IMG/VR virus record: IMGVR_UViG_3300021093_000051
Coordinates: 54,605 to 74,604 of that record
Length of the DNA: 20,000 nt
From: an uncultured virus (IMG/VR IMGVR_UViG_3300021093_000051)
Lineage: Duplodnaviria > Heunggongvirae > Uroviricota > Caudoviricetes
Strand: one strand, 5' to 3'
In this document: one piece after another, positions 1 through 8,184 of the stretch
How positions within the stretch are numbered: the first letter of the stretch is position 1
Layout: each line of letters starts with the position of its first letter
The notes under the pieces: generated by a model
Databases searched by the model: none
Told to the model about the DNA's origin: nothing
What the model saw: only the letters and a program-made list of their open reading frames with translations
Made by a program: the position numbers and the translations under genes

Positions 1-278
1 AGTCTCTTGATCGCCTCACTGGCAAGCTCAAACTTTCTTTTAAGTAGATTTACTTCACTTAAGATGACATAAGTAAGAGTGGCATGGCCCTCTTCAAAAC
101 GCATGTCTGGAAAGACGTCTACCTGTTTAAGCCAGCCCTGGATATTTTTTTGATCGAGCGCAGTCTCACCGTTGACGATTGACCACGAAAGGTCGTAGTT
201 TAGGATTGCTTGAAAGATGAAACCTCCGTCTTTTGAACTAGCCTCATCAGAATACGCCTTTTCAAAAATTTTATCCAT
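1..278 (-). CDS. Hypothetical protein, 5' part only (runs off the window start)
   Basis: Not in the ORF track. The ATG at 278-276 overlaps the TAA of the 278..535 ORF (TAATG coupling). The frame reads MDKIFEKAYSDEASSKDGGFIFQAILNYDLSW...ELASEAIKR and stays open to the window edge. Confidence 0.8.
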   Translation of the reverse strand, partial: MDKIFEKAYSDEASSKDGGFIFQAILNYDLSWSIVNGETALDQKNIQGWLKQVDVFPDMRFEEGHATLTYVILSEVNLLKRKFELASEAIKR

Positions 279-535
279 TAGTCTTTTTTACGATCTCTCG
301 TTCGTTTATAGTTCTTCCAAAGCTCGTTATAGATGTTACATGAAGCCCCTAAAAAGTTGATGATACCGACGTATTTTTTCTTGTCCTCTCCTTCCATATT
401 AGCGACCTTGACACCAATCTTCTTGGCATCATTGATCGTAAGCTCTTCATCCTCGTCCTTACCGACTAGCTTCTTAAGATCGCCCTTCTTTTCAAGTAGA
501 GCGTATTGCTCAAATCTCATGATAGCTCTATTCAT
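278..535 (-). CDS. Small hypothetical late protein, putative internal head protein
   Basis: 85 aa charged protein in a tightly packed minus-strand operon. The N-terminus IMRFEQYALLE resembles T4 capsid-targeting leaders. Confidence 0.75.
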   Translation of the reverse strand: MNRAIMRFEQYALLEKKGDLKKLVGKDEDEELTINDAKKIGVKVANMEGEDKKKYVGIINFLGASCNIYNELWKNYKRTRDRKKD

Positions 536-554
536 TGGTCTTAGATTTTATTAA

Positions 555-788
555 TTACTTCTTCTTACCTACCACGTTCTTGTTCTTTGCAGTAGTCATG
601 TATTGTTTAGTATACTTATCAAGTTGAGGAGTTCCTTTTCCCTTAACTGGACCTTCAACTAAACCTTGATTGATCTTCATCGAACCCGATCTATCGTTTG
701 CCGCAACGTTAGCTTTTCCACGGTATCCCGCTTCAGCCTTTTTGAATGCTGCCATAAACTGGTTATAGTTCATAACTGGATTTGCCAT
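555..788 (-). CDS. Small basic late protein, putative internal head/DNA-binding protein
   Basis: 77 aa, Lys/Gly/Ala-rich, with N-terminus VMNYNQF. Preceded by AGATAAATAA at 816-807 and an A-rich leader. Confidence 0.75.
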   Translation of the reverse strand: MANPVMNYNQFMAAFKKAEAGYRGKANVAANDRSGSMKINQGLVEGPVKGKGTPQLDKYTKQYMTTAKNKNVVGKKK

Positions 789-806
789 TATACTTTTATT
801 TTTTTA

Positions 807-816
807 TTATTTATCT
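807..816 (-). promoter_or_regulatory. Putative late promoter AGATAAATAA
   Basis: About 20 nt upstream of ATG 788. Identical 10-mers occur at 3181-3190, 10792-10801 and 13851-13860. Resembles the T4 late promoter TATAAATA. Confidence 0.7.
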
Positions 817-873
817 TTTTAATCTTAAAGAATTTTTTGTATATTAGCTATATAACCAATTAAATTTAAAGCC

Positions 874-1326
874 ATGAAAAAGTTAATTTTAACCCTATCG
901 ATCATCGGAGGAATATTTACCTCTAACGTATCATTATCTAACGAGTTAGATTCTACCGAAGTTAAAGATAAGTCTGAAAGGATTGCACGTATCAAGTACT
1001 CAATCGATTCCTTAATTAAGGCTGAGCTTGGCAACATTGAACTTACTAGTTCCTTTGACTCTAATTGTCATGATTATGCAATAAAGAAAATTCAAAAGAG
1101 CGCAGATGCTGATTCATATAGTGGAGTTCAGTTTCGAACATTAAACTCAGTACCAAATGATCAAGTATCAATATGTGATCTTCCATTATCTCACTTGATC
1201 TCAAGAGTCAAGGCGAACCTTATCAATGAGAAAATGGACATTAAGAGTTGGGAGTTTACTAAATACTCAATAGTATTTGGTGACTTTGGCGGAAAGAGCT
1301 ACATGGCAATCTCAATGGATTATTAA
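874..1326 (+). CDS. Secreted/periplasmic hypothetical protein
   Basis: 150 aa with a Sec signal-like N-terminus MKKLILTLSIIGGIFTSNVSLS. Followed by a terminator. Confidence 0.75.
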   Translation: MKKLILTLSIIGGIFTSNVSLSNELDSTEVKDKSERIARIKYSIDSLIKAELGNIELTSSFDSNCHDYAIKKIQKSADADSYSGVQFRTLNSVPNDQVSICDLPLSHLISRVKANLINEKMDIKSWEFTKYSIVFGDFGGKSYMAISMDY

Positions 1327-1343
1327 TCTAGCCCATCTTCATA

Positions 1344-1372
1344 AAAAAACCCATCTAAAAGATGGGTTTTTT
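1344..1372. terminator. Bidirectional rho-independent terminator
   Basis: Perfect inverted repeat AAAAAACCCATCT-AAA-AGATGGGTTTTTT with A and T tracts, lying between convergent genes. Confidence 0.9.
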
Positions 1373-1391
1373 GTTTAACTAATTATTAGAT

Positions 1392-3161
1392 CTAGATGTT
1401 ATCTTCTCCAGCAGGGGTTGCTTTTTCAATATGAGTAACGTATCTTTCTTCTGGTATGTCTACTTCCTTTATTAATTTAGGATTATTAGGATCAGTATAA
1501 TCCATTAATTTGACTTTCATCGTGCCTTTTTCTGTTCCAGGTCCAACTACGAATATTTTTTTCGTATCAGTTCCCCCTACTTCATTCGGTGGAGTCGATT
1601 TGTCAAATATTACGATCTCTTGTTCAGGCTTTAATTCCTTAAACTTGATTCGGTTTTCCTTGACTGCACGATTTGCCTTTTTCTCAGCCTTTGCTGCCGC
1701 TTTTTCTTCAGCTTTACCTTCTCCTTTTCCCCAACCAATTGACGTAACTAGTCCAGGCGATTTCCAACTAGCTGCGACCGTATACTCTTTTATTGTAAGC
1801 GCATCGTAGTTTAGAGTAACCTCACCAGTCTCAGTCACATTGATCCATTTAGTAGGTAGTTTTCTTTTTTCAACCCTGTCTCCAGTTATAAAGAAGTTAA
1901 CTACCCTCCATTCAGGTGCAGTATTTACATTATTATCTGGTTGAACTACTGCCGGTGTCCCAGCCAATGAGACCTGTACGCCCTTCGGCGCTCCAATTTT
2001 TGTAACAAACCATTGGGCTCGTCTTGTTGCAAGTGCCATGTTCTGTTTATCATCTCTTGCGCCAGCAGTCCATTCCCACGATGCGGATCCTTGAACCTTA
2101 ATCGAAGTTATTTTTGAATACTGTCCAAGGATCTGGTTCAATGCTTCAAGGATAGCTTTTTCCTTTGTTGGATCTGGTTTATCCTTTCCTTGACCAAATA
2201 GTGCATCTAATCCGGGCAATGATGTCAATTCATCAGTTACTTGAACTGCCTCTTCTCCTCCTTCTATTGGAACGCTTACCGTAGTCGTTGTAAATTCTGT
2301 ATATGGCTGGCCTCCTCCTTTAACAAAATCAGTCACAGTATAGAAAACAAACTTCTTCGTAAGGCTTTCATTCAGCAATCGTTTCGGGTCCTCTGGGAAA
2401 TCCTTAGGTGTAAGTCCTCCCCCAAGTGAACTTGATGCTGGAGGAGAGCTCATATTATACTTTAAGTTTGATCCGTCCCACATAAGAATTGTTTGACTCA
2501 AATTAGCTCCATTTATATAACTGGCCCGATATGGCCAGTACGCTTTTCCCATAGTTTTTTTGGTTTCGTCCATATCAAAAGCCGGCTTATCGTTTAATTT
2601 CATATCCTTCATCCTCTCAATCGTCAATCCATCCGCATAAACCTTCGAAGTTACTGTTTCAAGTTGTTTAAACATTTCCTGATGATTTAGTGCGCTTATT
2701 GATTTACATATAGCTGGAGCGGACGTCCATATTACCTCAGTTTTATTTAACGTCGGAACCTTTAAACCTTTAGCCGTTTTTATTTGAATCGATTTAACTG
2801 TTGTATTAAACGTTGGCTTTATGTATTTTTCGTTAGAATTAGTTTTAGTAAATTCAGCTACCGCCGATCCAACGTCAACAGTTAAGCTACTTGTAAAATG
2901 ATTTTTTGTAAGGTTGTCAGTCGATGCCGTCATCCAACCGACCTTAGCATTCTGTTTCCATTCATTAATAAATGTAGCATATGCTTCTCCCATTGCTGTA
3001 GCTATGTCCCCCATTTTACTAACCAGTGATTCAATGCTAGTTTGTGAATTCACTAAGTTTGCAACAGTCTGCTCATTGACCGCTTCTCGGTATCGTTCAT
3101 CATTCACAACTGATTCGTGAAGAGTTCTCCACATATTATAGTTTAATAAATAACCACCCAT
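1392..3161 (-). CDS. Large late protein with an OmpA-like (peptidoglycan-binding) domain; putative internal virion protein
   Basis: 589 aa. The segment LFGQGKDK...IKVQGSAS...NMALATRRA...WRVVNFFI follows the OmpA_C pattern (F..; IxGxx; NxxLSxxRA; RRVEI). No signal peptide. Late motif at 3190-3181. Confidence 0.7.
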   Translation of the reverse strand: MGGYLLNYNMWRTLHESVVNDERYREAVNEQTVANLVNSQTSIESLVSKMGDIATAMGEAYATFINEWKQNAKVGWMTASTDNLTKNHFTSSLTVDVGSAVAEFTKTNSNEKYIKPTFNTTVKSIQIKTAKGLKVPTLNKTEVIWTSAPAICKSISALNHQEMFKQLETVTSKVYADGLTIERMKDMKLNDKPAFDMDETKKTMGKAYWPYRASYINGANLSQTILMWDGSNLKYNMSSPPASSSLGGGLTPKDFPEDPKRLLNESLTKKFVFYTVTDFVKGGGQPYTEFTTTTVSVPIEGGEEAVQVTDELTSLPGLDALFGQGKDKPDPTKEKAILEALNQILGQYSKITSIKVQGSASWEWTAGARDDKQNMALATRRAQWFVTKIGAPKGVQVSLAGTPAVVQPDNNVNTAPEWRVVNFFITGDRVEKRKLPTKWINVTETGEVTLNYDALTIKEYTVAASWKSPGLVTSIGWGKGEGKAEEKAAAKAEKKANRAVKENRIKFKELKPEQEIVIFDKSTPPNEVGGTDTKKIFVVGPGTEKGTMKVKLMDYTDPNNPKLIKEVDIPEERYVTHIEKATPAGEDNI

Positions 3162-3180
3162 TTTTAAATAAGTTTTTTAG

Positions 3181-3190
3181 TTATTTATCT
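3181..3190 (-). promoter_or_regulatory. Putative late promoter AGATAAATAA
   Basis: 20 nt upstream of ATG 3161; same 10-mer as the other copies. Confidence 0.7.
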
Positions 3191-3224
3191 TTTAAAAAAA
3201 CCTAATTTTTAGTATCTTAATACC

Positions 3225-4016
3225 ATGCCAGAACTTGCAGAGATAAAAATAATGGCGGATTTCATAAATCTGGCCAGTAGAGAAAAGAGTTTTACTACCG
3301 TTGCCTTTTCAGAAAGCGCTATGAATAGAAAACTAGGTATAGTCCAGCCGACTGACCTTCAGATATTCAGAATCACAGCTGAGTCTCGGGGCAAGGAACT
3401 CATGCTCTCCTTGATCCAGGGAGATCAGGTTTTCATGAAGATCAGCTGCTCGATGGGCATGTCCGGCCATTGGGCGATGTGTCACCGAGATGATGTGCCC
3501 AAGCACACCCACATGAAATTTAATACGACCGATCAACTCAGTCTCTGCCTGGTCGACACTCGTCGATTTGCTAGGTGGAAGGTCGCATCCGACTGGTCCC
3601 AAAATCGTGGGCCCTGCCCAGTACACGAACCTAATCCTTTTAGGGAGAATATCCTCGCTAACCTAGGCAAGAAGGAATTCGATAAACCGATCCACCTGGT
3701 GCTCATGAACCAACAATATTTTAATGGAATCGGCAACTATCTTAGATCCGAGATTATGTTCCATGCCTCACAAGATCCTTTTGCTGATGCCCGTACTGCA
3801 CTCACACGAAATCCTTCAATACTCGATCTTTGTGAAAGGTTACCTAGGGAAGCTTACTTCCTAGGTGGAGGTCAGCTCAAGGACTGGCAAAACCCGTTTG
3901 AGGTTCCTGAAGGAGGATTTGACGAGTGGATGCAGTGTTACGGCAAGGGCAAATGGTTTACCGACAAGAACGGTCGACGTATGTGGTATCATCCCATCCA
4001 GCTTGAAACCAGTTAA
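3225..4016 (+). CDS. nei: Fpg/Nei-family DNA glycosylase/AP lyase, NEIL1 (endonuclease VIII-like 1) type
   Basis: Catalytic N-terminal PELAE, RGKEL (catalytic Lys), GMSG, DTRRF, H2TH motif FNGIGNYLRSEI, and a zincless finger DKNGRRMWY. Confidence 0.95.
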   Translation: MPELAEIKIMADFINLASREKSFTTVAFSESAMNRKLGIVQPTDLQIFRITAESRGKELMLSLIQGDQVFMKISCSMGMSGHWAMCHRDDVPKHTHMKFNTTDQLSLCLVDTRRFARWKVASDWSQNRGPCPVHEPNPFRENILANLGKKEFDKPIHLVLMNQQYFNGIGNYLRSEIMFHASQDPFADARTALTRNPSILDLCERLPREAYFLGGGQLKDWQNPFEVPEGGFDEWMQCYGKGKWFTDKNGRRMWYHPIQLETS

Positions 4017-4058
4017 TAAATTTGAGTTTTATTAATGTAACCTCATAAATCACGAAAG

Positions 4059-4241
4059 ATGTTAAGAAAAATACTTGGCCCCAAGCTTTCAAAAAGGGAA
4101 CTCGCAATAATCAGGGAATGTTGTCGGCAAGTCTCTACCTCCATGGATAAAGCAGATTTTCAAAATAACTTGGATCCTGAGATAAAGGAGATCCACCAAG
4201 ACATTAAAAAGATCATAAAAAAACTAGAGACCACTACATGA
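4059..4241 (+). CDS. Small hypothetical protein
   Basis: 60 aa that fill the operon gap, with an ATGA overlap with the helicase start. Confidence 0.65.
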   Translation: MLRKILGPKLSKRELAIIRECCRQVSTSMDKADFQNNLDPEIKEIHQDIKKIIKKLETTT

Positions 4242-5830
4242 GAGATATTCCTCTTGAGTTTTCACCAAGACCTCAACAGGTCCAGATCTTGGACTTCGTA
4301 AAGTCTTCCATTAAGGAGGGTAAAAAATTCATCATGGTGGATGCCCCTACTGGAGTAGGTAAATCCTATGCGGCGATCATGATCGCTGAGTGGTATAGAA
4401 ACGAACACTCAAAAAAGGCCAAGACTGACATCATCACCAACACCAAGATCTTACAGGATCAATATGTGAAAGATTTTAAGTTCGCAGCTAATCTAAAGGG
4501 AAAGAACAATTACTGGTGTCGTCATCAAGGAATGGGATGCGGTGATGCCCAGGTGCTCAATAAGGCCAGTGGTAAAAGATGCAATGTCTGCCCACACAAG
4601 ATCTCTCAGACCAAATTCCTGAAGAGCCCAGTGAGCTTGGCAAATTTTCACCTGGTGACTGCATACTCAATGTATTCTCCAGACATGTTGGCAGAGCGTA
4701 GTTCTAAGCTACTCATAATCGATGAGGCACACGCCTTTGAGGAGACCTTTTGTGATTTTATTCTCTCTACCTATTCCGAACGTAGCCTAAAGATATTGGA
4801 CGTTTGGCACGATTGGATGGAAAGGGACCTTGATAACATCTCTAGCCTGACTGAACTTTCAGATTGGACTAAAGACGTATTGGTTCCCTTGCTTGATAAA
4901 AAAGCACACGATCTGCTTGACGAGGCCAAGGAGACTCGACAAAAAAAGAAAAAGGTAGACCTAATTAAAAAAGCAGACCACGTCGATAAGTCAATGTGTA
5001 AGTACAATCGATTCGTCAACGACCGTGAAAACTACAAGACTAATTGGACCTTTGAAAAAGATCTAGACCAGTGGGGCAAGACCAGAATCCTAGTCGAACC
5101 TATTTGGGGCAACCTATACCTAAAAGAACTTTTTTGGGACCAATACGATCATGTGATCATGATGTCGGGTACACTATTGGATCGAGAGCTCTTCTCCTTC
5201 ATCATGGGAATAGACGAGACCGAGTCAACTTACCTCGCCCTACCGTGTCCGTTTGAGGCAGCTAAACGACCGGTAATCTATGTAAAGTTCGGTAAGATGT
5301 CCTATTATAATAAAAAGGAGACCTTTACCAGAGCAGTACCGATCATCGGCAAGATCTTGGAGAAGAATCACGAACATAAGGGCATTATTCATACTGCCAA
5401 TTATGAGTTTAGCAAGTGGATTCAACAGACCATTCAGGATTCACGTTTAATATTTCATGATTCAGCAAGCCGAGAAAAATCTCTTGAAGATCATCTTACT
5501 TCTAAGATGGAAACCGTCCTAGTCTCACCATCGATGATCAATGGAGTCGACTTAAAGGATGAGCTTTCACGATTTCAGGTGATCCTAAAAGTACCTTTTC
5601 CTAATCTTGTTAGTACAAAGATAAAGAAGAGACTCGATACTCGTCCAGAATGGTACAATTGGAAGACCCTGGTGGATCTTTTACAGGCATACGGTAGATC
5701 AATAAGAAACGATGATGACTGGGCTGAGACCTACATCTTAGACGAGTGCTTCGATCAAATATTAAATAACAAAGGCGTGCCTAAGTATTTTTTAGACGCG
5801 TTGAAAGTAAAAAAATTAGCAAAGAAATAA
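4238..5830 (+). CDS. dinG: DinG/XPD (Rad3)-family Fe-S SF2 DNA helicase
   Basis: Q motif PRPQQ, Walker A APTGVGKS, Fe-S cysteines KGKNNYWC..GC..C..CP, DEAH box, MSGTL, GVDLKDELSRFQVILKVPFP, and motif VI QAYGRSIR. Confidence 0.93.
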   Translation: MRDIPLEFSPRPQQVQILDFVKSSIKEGKKFIMVDAPTGVGKSYAAIMIAEWYRNEHSKKAKTDIITNTKILQDQYVKDFKFAANLKGKNNYWCRHQGMGCGDAQVLNKASGKRCNVCPHKISQTKFLKSPVSLANFHLVTAYSMYSPDMLAERSSKLLIIDEAHAFEETFCDFILSTYSERSLKILDVWHDWMERDLDNISSLTELSDWTKDVLVPLLDKKAHDLLDEAKETRQKKKKVDLIKKADHVDKSMCKYNRFVNDRENYKTNWTFEKDLDQWGKTRILVEPIWGNLYLKELFWDQYDHVIMMSGTLLDRELFSFIMGIDETESTYLALPCPFEAAKRPVIYVKFGKMSYYNKKETFTRAVPIIGKILEKNHEHKGIIHTANYEFSKWIQQTIQDSRLIFHDSASREKSLEDHLTSKMETVLVSPSMINGVDLKDELSRFQVILKVPFPNLVSTKIKKRLDTRPEWYNWKTLVDLLQAYGRSIRNDDDWAETYILDECFDQILNNKGVPKYFLDALKVKKLAKK

Positions 5831-7693
5831 ATGGCTAAGAAATCGATAGAAACAAAGTATCAGAAACTGACTGACGTTGAACACGTTTTACTCAGACCCT
5901 CAATGTATATAGGGTCAGTCGCAATCCATACTGGAGATCAGTATCTCTATGATGGCCAAAAGGTCACAATTGAAGAAGTTCACTACAATCCAGGATTCAT
6001 TAAAATCTTTGACGAAATTATTTCTAATGCAGTCGATGAACATCGGCGAAATCCTAAGCTGAATGAGATCCGAGTAACTATTAATCTTGACACTACTGAG
6101 ATCACAGTATGGGATAATGGTGGAATTCCAGTAGAAAAACATCCAATCCATAAAGAGTGGATTCCTGAACTAATATTTTCAAACTTGAAGGCTGGCTCCA
6201 ATTTTGATGACTCAGAACAGCGTACTGTCGCAGGAACAAATGGTGTTGGTAGCAAGGCAACCAATATTTTTAGTAAAAAGTTCTCAATTTCAACCTGTGA
6301 TGGTAAGAATCGATTCGATCAGGTTTTTACTGAAAATATGAAGGATAGAACTAAAGTTAAAATTACCCCAGCTAAGAGAGGATTCACTGAAATCTCATTT
6401 TTTCCCGATCTAGAAAGGTTTAAGATGCGATTAATTGACGAAAAGTCCTTTCAGATCCTATTTAAACGTTGTTTGGACCTAGTTGCATGTAATAATAAGC
6501 TTACTCTAAAGCTAACTAAGATCAAGGAGAGTAAAAAAGAGGAATTTGTGCTTAAATTTAAGAGTTTTGAAGAATATATTCAGCTCTATGCTCAAGAATA
6601 TTTCTTTGAGGAGACAAAAGACTGGAAGATAGGCTTTGCAAAGTCGGAAAAAGGATTTCAGAACGTAAGTTTCGTCAATTCTGTCTATACGATGGACGGC
6701 GGAACTCACGTAGAGTACATTACTAATCAGCTAATCTCACAATTAAGGGAAATGATTAAGAAAAAACACAGAGTTGACGTAAAACCTAGCGATATCCGTA
6801 ACCATTTATACGTTTTTATCGATTCTACCGTAGTAAACTCATTTTTTAGCTCACAAACTAAGGAAAAATTGATCACCGAGGTCAAAGATTTCGGTACCAA
6901 GCACGAAGTTACTGATAAGATCGCAAAACTAGTGTTTAAATCTGAAATAATTCAGTCAGTTTTAGATTGGATCGAGAAAAAAGCCCTTGTACAAGAGCGA
7001 GCAGAGCTCAGAAAGTTAAATAAGGACTTGGACAAGACCAAAATACCTAAATTGATCGATGCTCAACGAAAAGGAGATCGTGGAATATGCATTTTAGGAA
7101 TTTATGAGGGGCTAAGTGCAGTTTCAGCAGTTCGTAAGTTTCGAGATACTCAAACGATCGGCGCATTCCCTCTAAAGGGTAAGTTCATCAACGTAAGTGA
7201 GATGAAACCTTCTGAAATCGCTAAAAACGACGAAGCTGTGCAACTAATGGCCTCTCTGGGACTAAAGCTAGGCGAAGAACCCAAAGGATTGCGATACGGT
7301 CGCATCTACATCTATACAGATGCCGATCCGGACGGTAGTCACATCGCAGCTACCCTAATTAACTTTTTTAATCGCTTCTGGCCCGAACTTTTTGATCAAG
7401 GTAGGGTATATAAGGTAATGACTCCGCTTGTAGTAGCTAAAAAAGGCAAAGAATCCATCAATTTTTACACCAACGATGAGTTTGATGCCTGGTTGAGGAA
7501 GAATAAGGCCACCTCTTGGGAAATCGAATACAAGAAGGGATTGGGTGCACTCGAGGATACTGAATACGAAGAAATAATCAAGAATCCATACCTTGTACAG
7601 ATCAAGAACGATAAAGACTATCGGGACTCACTTGAATCGTGGTTCGGTAAGGACTCTCAACCTAGAAAGGACCGAATCCTTGGAAATAATTAG
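5831..7693 (+). CDS. gp39: Type IIA DNA topoisomerase large subunit (ATPase + TOPRIM; T4 gp39+gp60 equivalent)
   Basis: EHVLLRPSMYIGS, DEIISNAVDE, DNGGIP, GTNGVGSK, EGLSA, PLKGK, TDADPDGSHI, YKKGLG. Confidence 0.96.
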   Translation: MAKKSIETKYQKLTDVEHVLLRPSMYIGSVAIHTGDQYLYDGQKVTIEEVHYNPGFIKIFDEIISNAVDEHRRNPKLNEIRVTINLDTTEITVWDNGGIPVEKHPIHKEWIPELIFSNLKAGSNFDDSEQRTVAGTNGVGSKATNIFSKKFSISTCDGKNRFDQVFTENMKDRTKVKITPAKRGFTEISFFPDLERFKMRLIDEKSFQILFKRCLDLVACNNKLTLKLTKIKESKKEEFVLKFKSFEEYIQLYAQEYFFEETKDWKIGFAKSEKGFQNVSFVNSVYTMDGGTHVEYITNQLISQLREMIKKKHRVDVKPSDIRNHLYVFIDSTVVNSFFSSQTKEKLITEVKDFGTKHEVTDKIAKLVFKSEIIQSVLDWIEKKALVQERAELRKLNKDLDKTKIPKLIDAQRKGDRGICILGIYEGLSAVSAVRKFRDTQTIGAFPLKGKFINVSEMKPSEIAKNDEAVQLMASLGLKLGEEPKGLRYGRIYIYTDADPDGSHIAATLINFFNRFWPELFDQGRVYKVMTPLVVAKKGKESINFYTNDEFDAWLRKNKATSWEIEYKKGLGALEDTEYEEIIKNPYLVQIKNDKDYRDSLESWFGKDSQPRKDRILGNN

Positions 7694-7699
7694 CAATCG

Positions 7700-7810
7700 A
7701 TGAAATATTACAACGAGTTTGAAAGAAGACCAAAGATCGTCTTTATTTGGATGATTATAATGGGATCCATAATAGGTCTCATTTCATGGGTTGTCAAAAC
7801 TTTGGCTTAG
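7700..7810 (+). CDS. 36-aa single-pass membrane peptide
   Basis: Below the ORF-track cutoff. Reads MKYYNEFERRPKIVFIWMIIMGSIIGLISWVVKTLA and fills the gap after the topoisomerase gene. Confidence 0.6.
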   Translation: MKYYNEFERRPKIVFIWMIIMGSIIGLISWVVKTLA

Positions 7811-7842
7811 CTCAAAGTAAAAGATAAGAAAATCCCATTTTT

Positions 7843-8184
7843 ATGACATTTGAGCGCTTTAAATTTATCACTGGCCTAATGGTCCAAAATTCATCTCGAG
7901 TAGACAAATCATACGACCAAGGAATAGACCTTGTAGAGTTTGTTGAAGGATATAATGTCGTAACCGAATATCTTTGGGGAGAGATATTGACCATTGAAGG
8001 ATTAGACTGGTTCAACTGGTTCATGTACGAAAAGAATTATTTGCAAGACGGAATAGGCAATCCAGAAATGAATGCATATCATAAGATAAACGATGGAGAA
8101 CAGGTAGAAATAGTCAAAGACCTAGAAGGTCTACATCAATATTTAGTAGAAAACAATTATTTTAAATGCGAAAGCCAGAAATAA
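7843..8184 (+). CDS. Hypothetical acidic protein
   Basis: 113 aa, co-oriented with its neighbours, overlapping the start of the second topoisomerase subunit. Confidence 0.75.
   Translation: MTFERFKFITGLMVQNSSRVDKSYDQGIDLVEFVEGYNVVTEYLWGEILTIEGLDWFNWFMYEKNYLQDGIGNPEMNAYHKINDGEQVEIVKDLEGLHQYLVENNYFKCESQK

Noticed and set aside
1332..1339. Second CCCATCTT copy just upstream of the terminator that could pair with AAGATGGG as an anti-terminator
   Set aside because: The local hairpin is longer and has a much shorter loop, and nothing suggests a regulated switch between convergent gene ends.
3144..3153. Plus-strand TAATAAATAA about 70 nt upstream of the glycosylase gene
   Set aside because: It lies within the opposite-strand codons for Y-L-L of the 589-aa gene in AT-rich sequence and may be chance, though it is not excluded as a promoter.
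4017..4024. TAAATTTG matching the Bacteroidota -7 promoter element TAnnTTTG
   Set aside because: No properly spaced -33 TTTG element, and a single short match in AT-rich DNA is uninformative.
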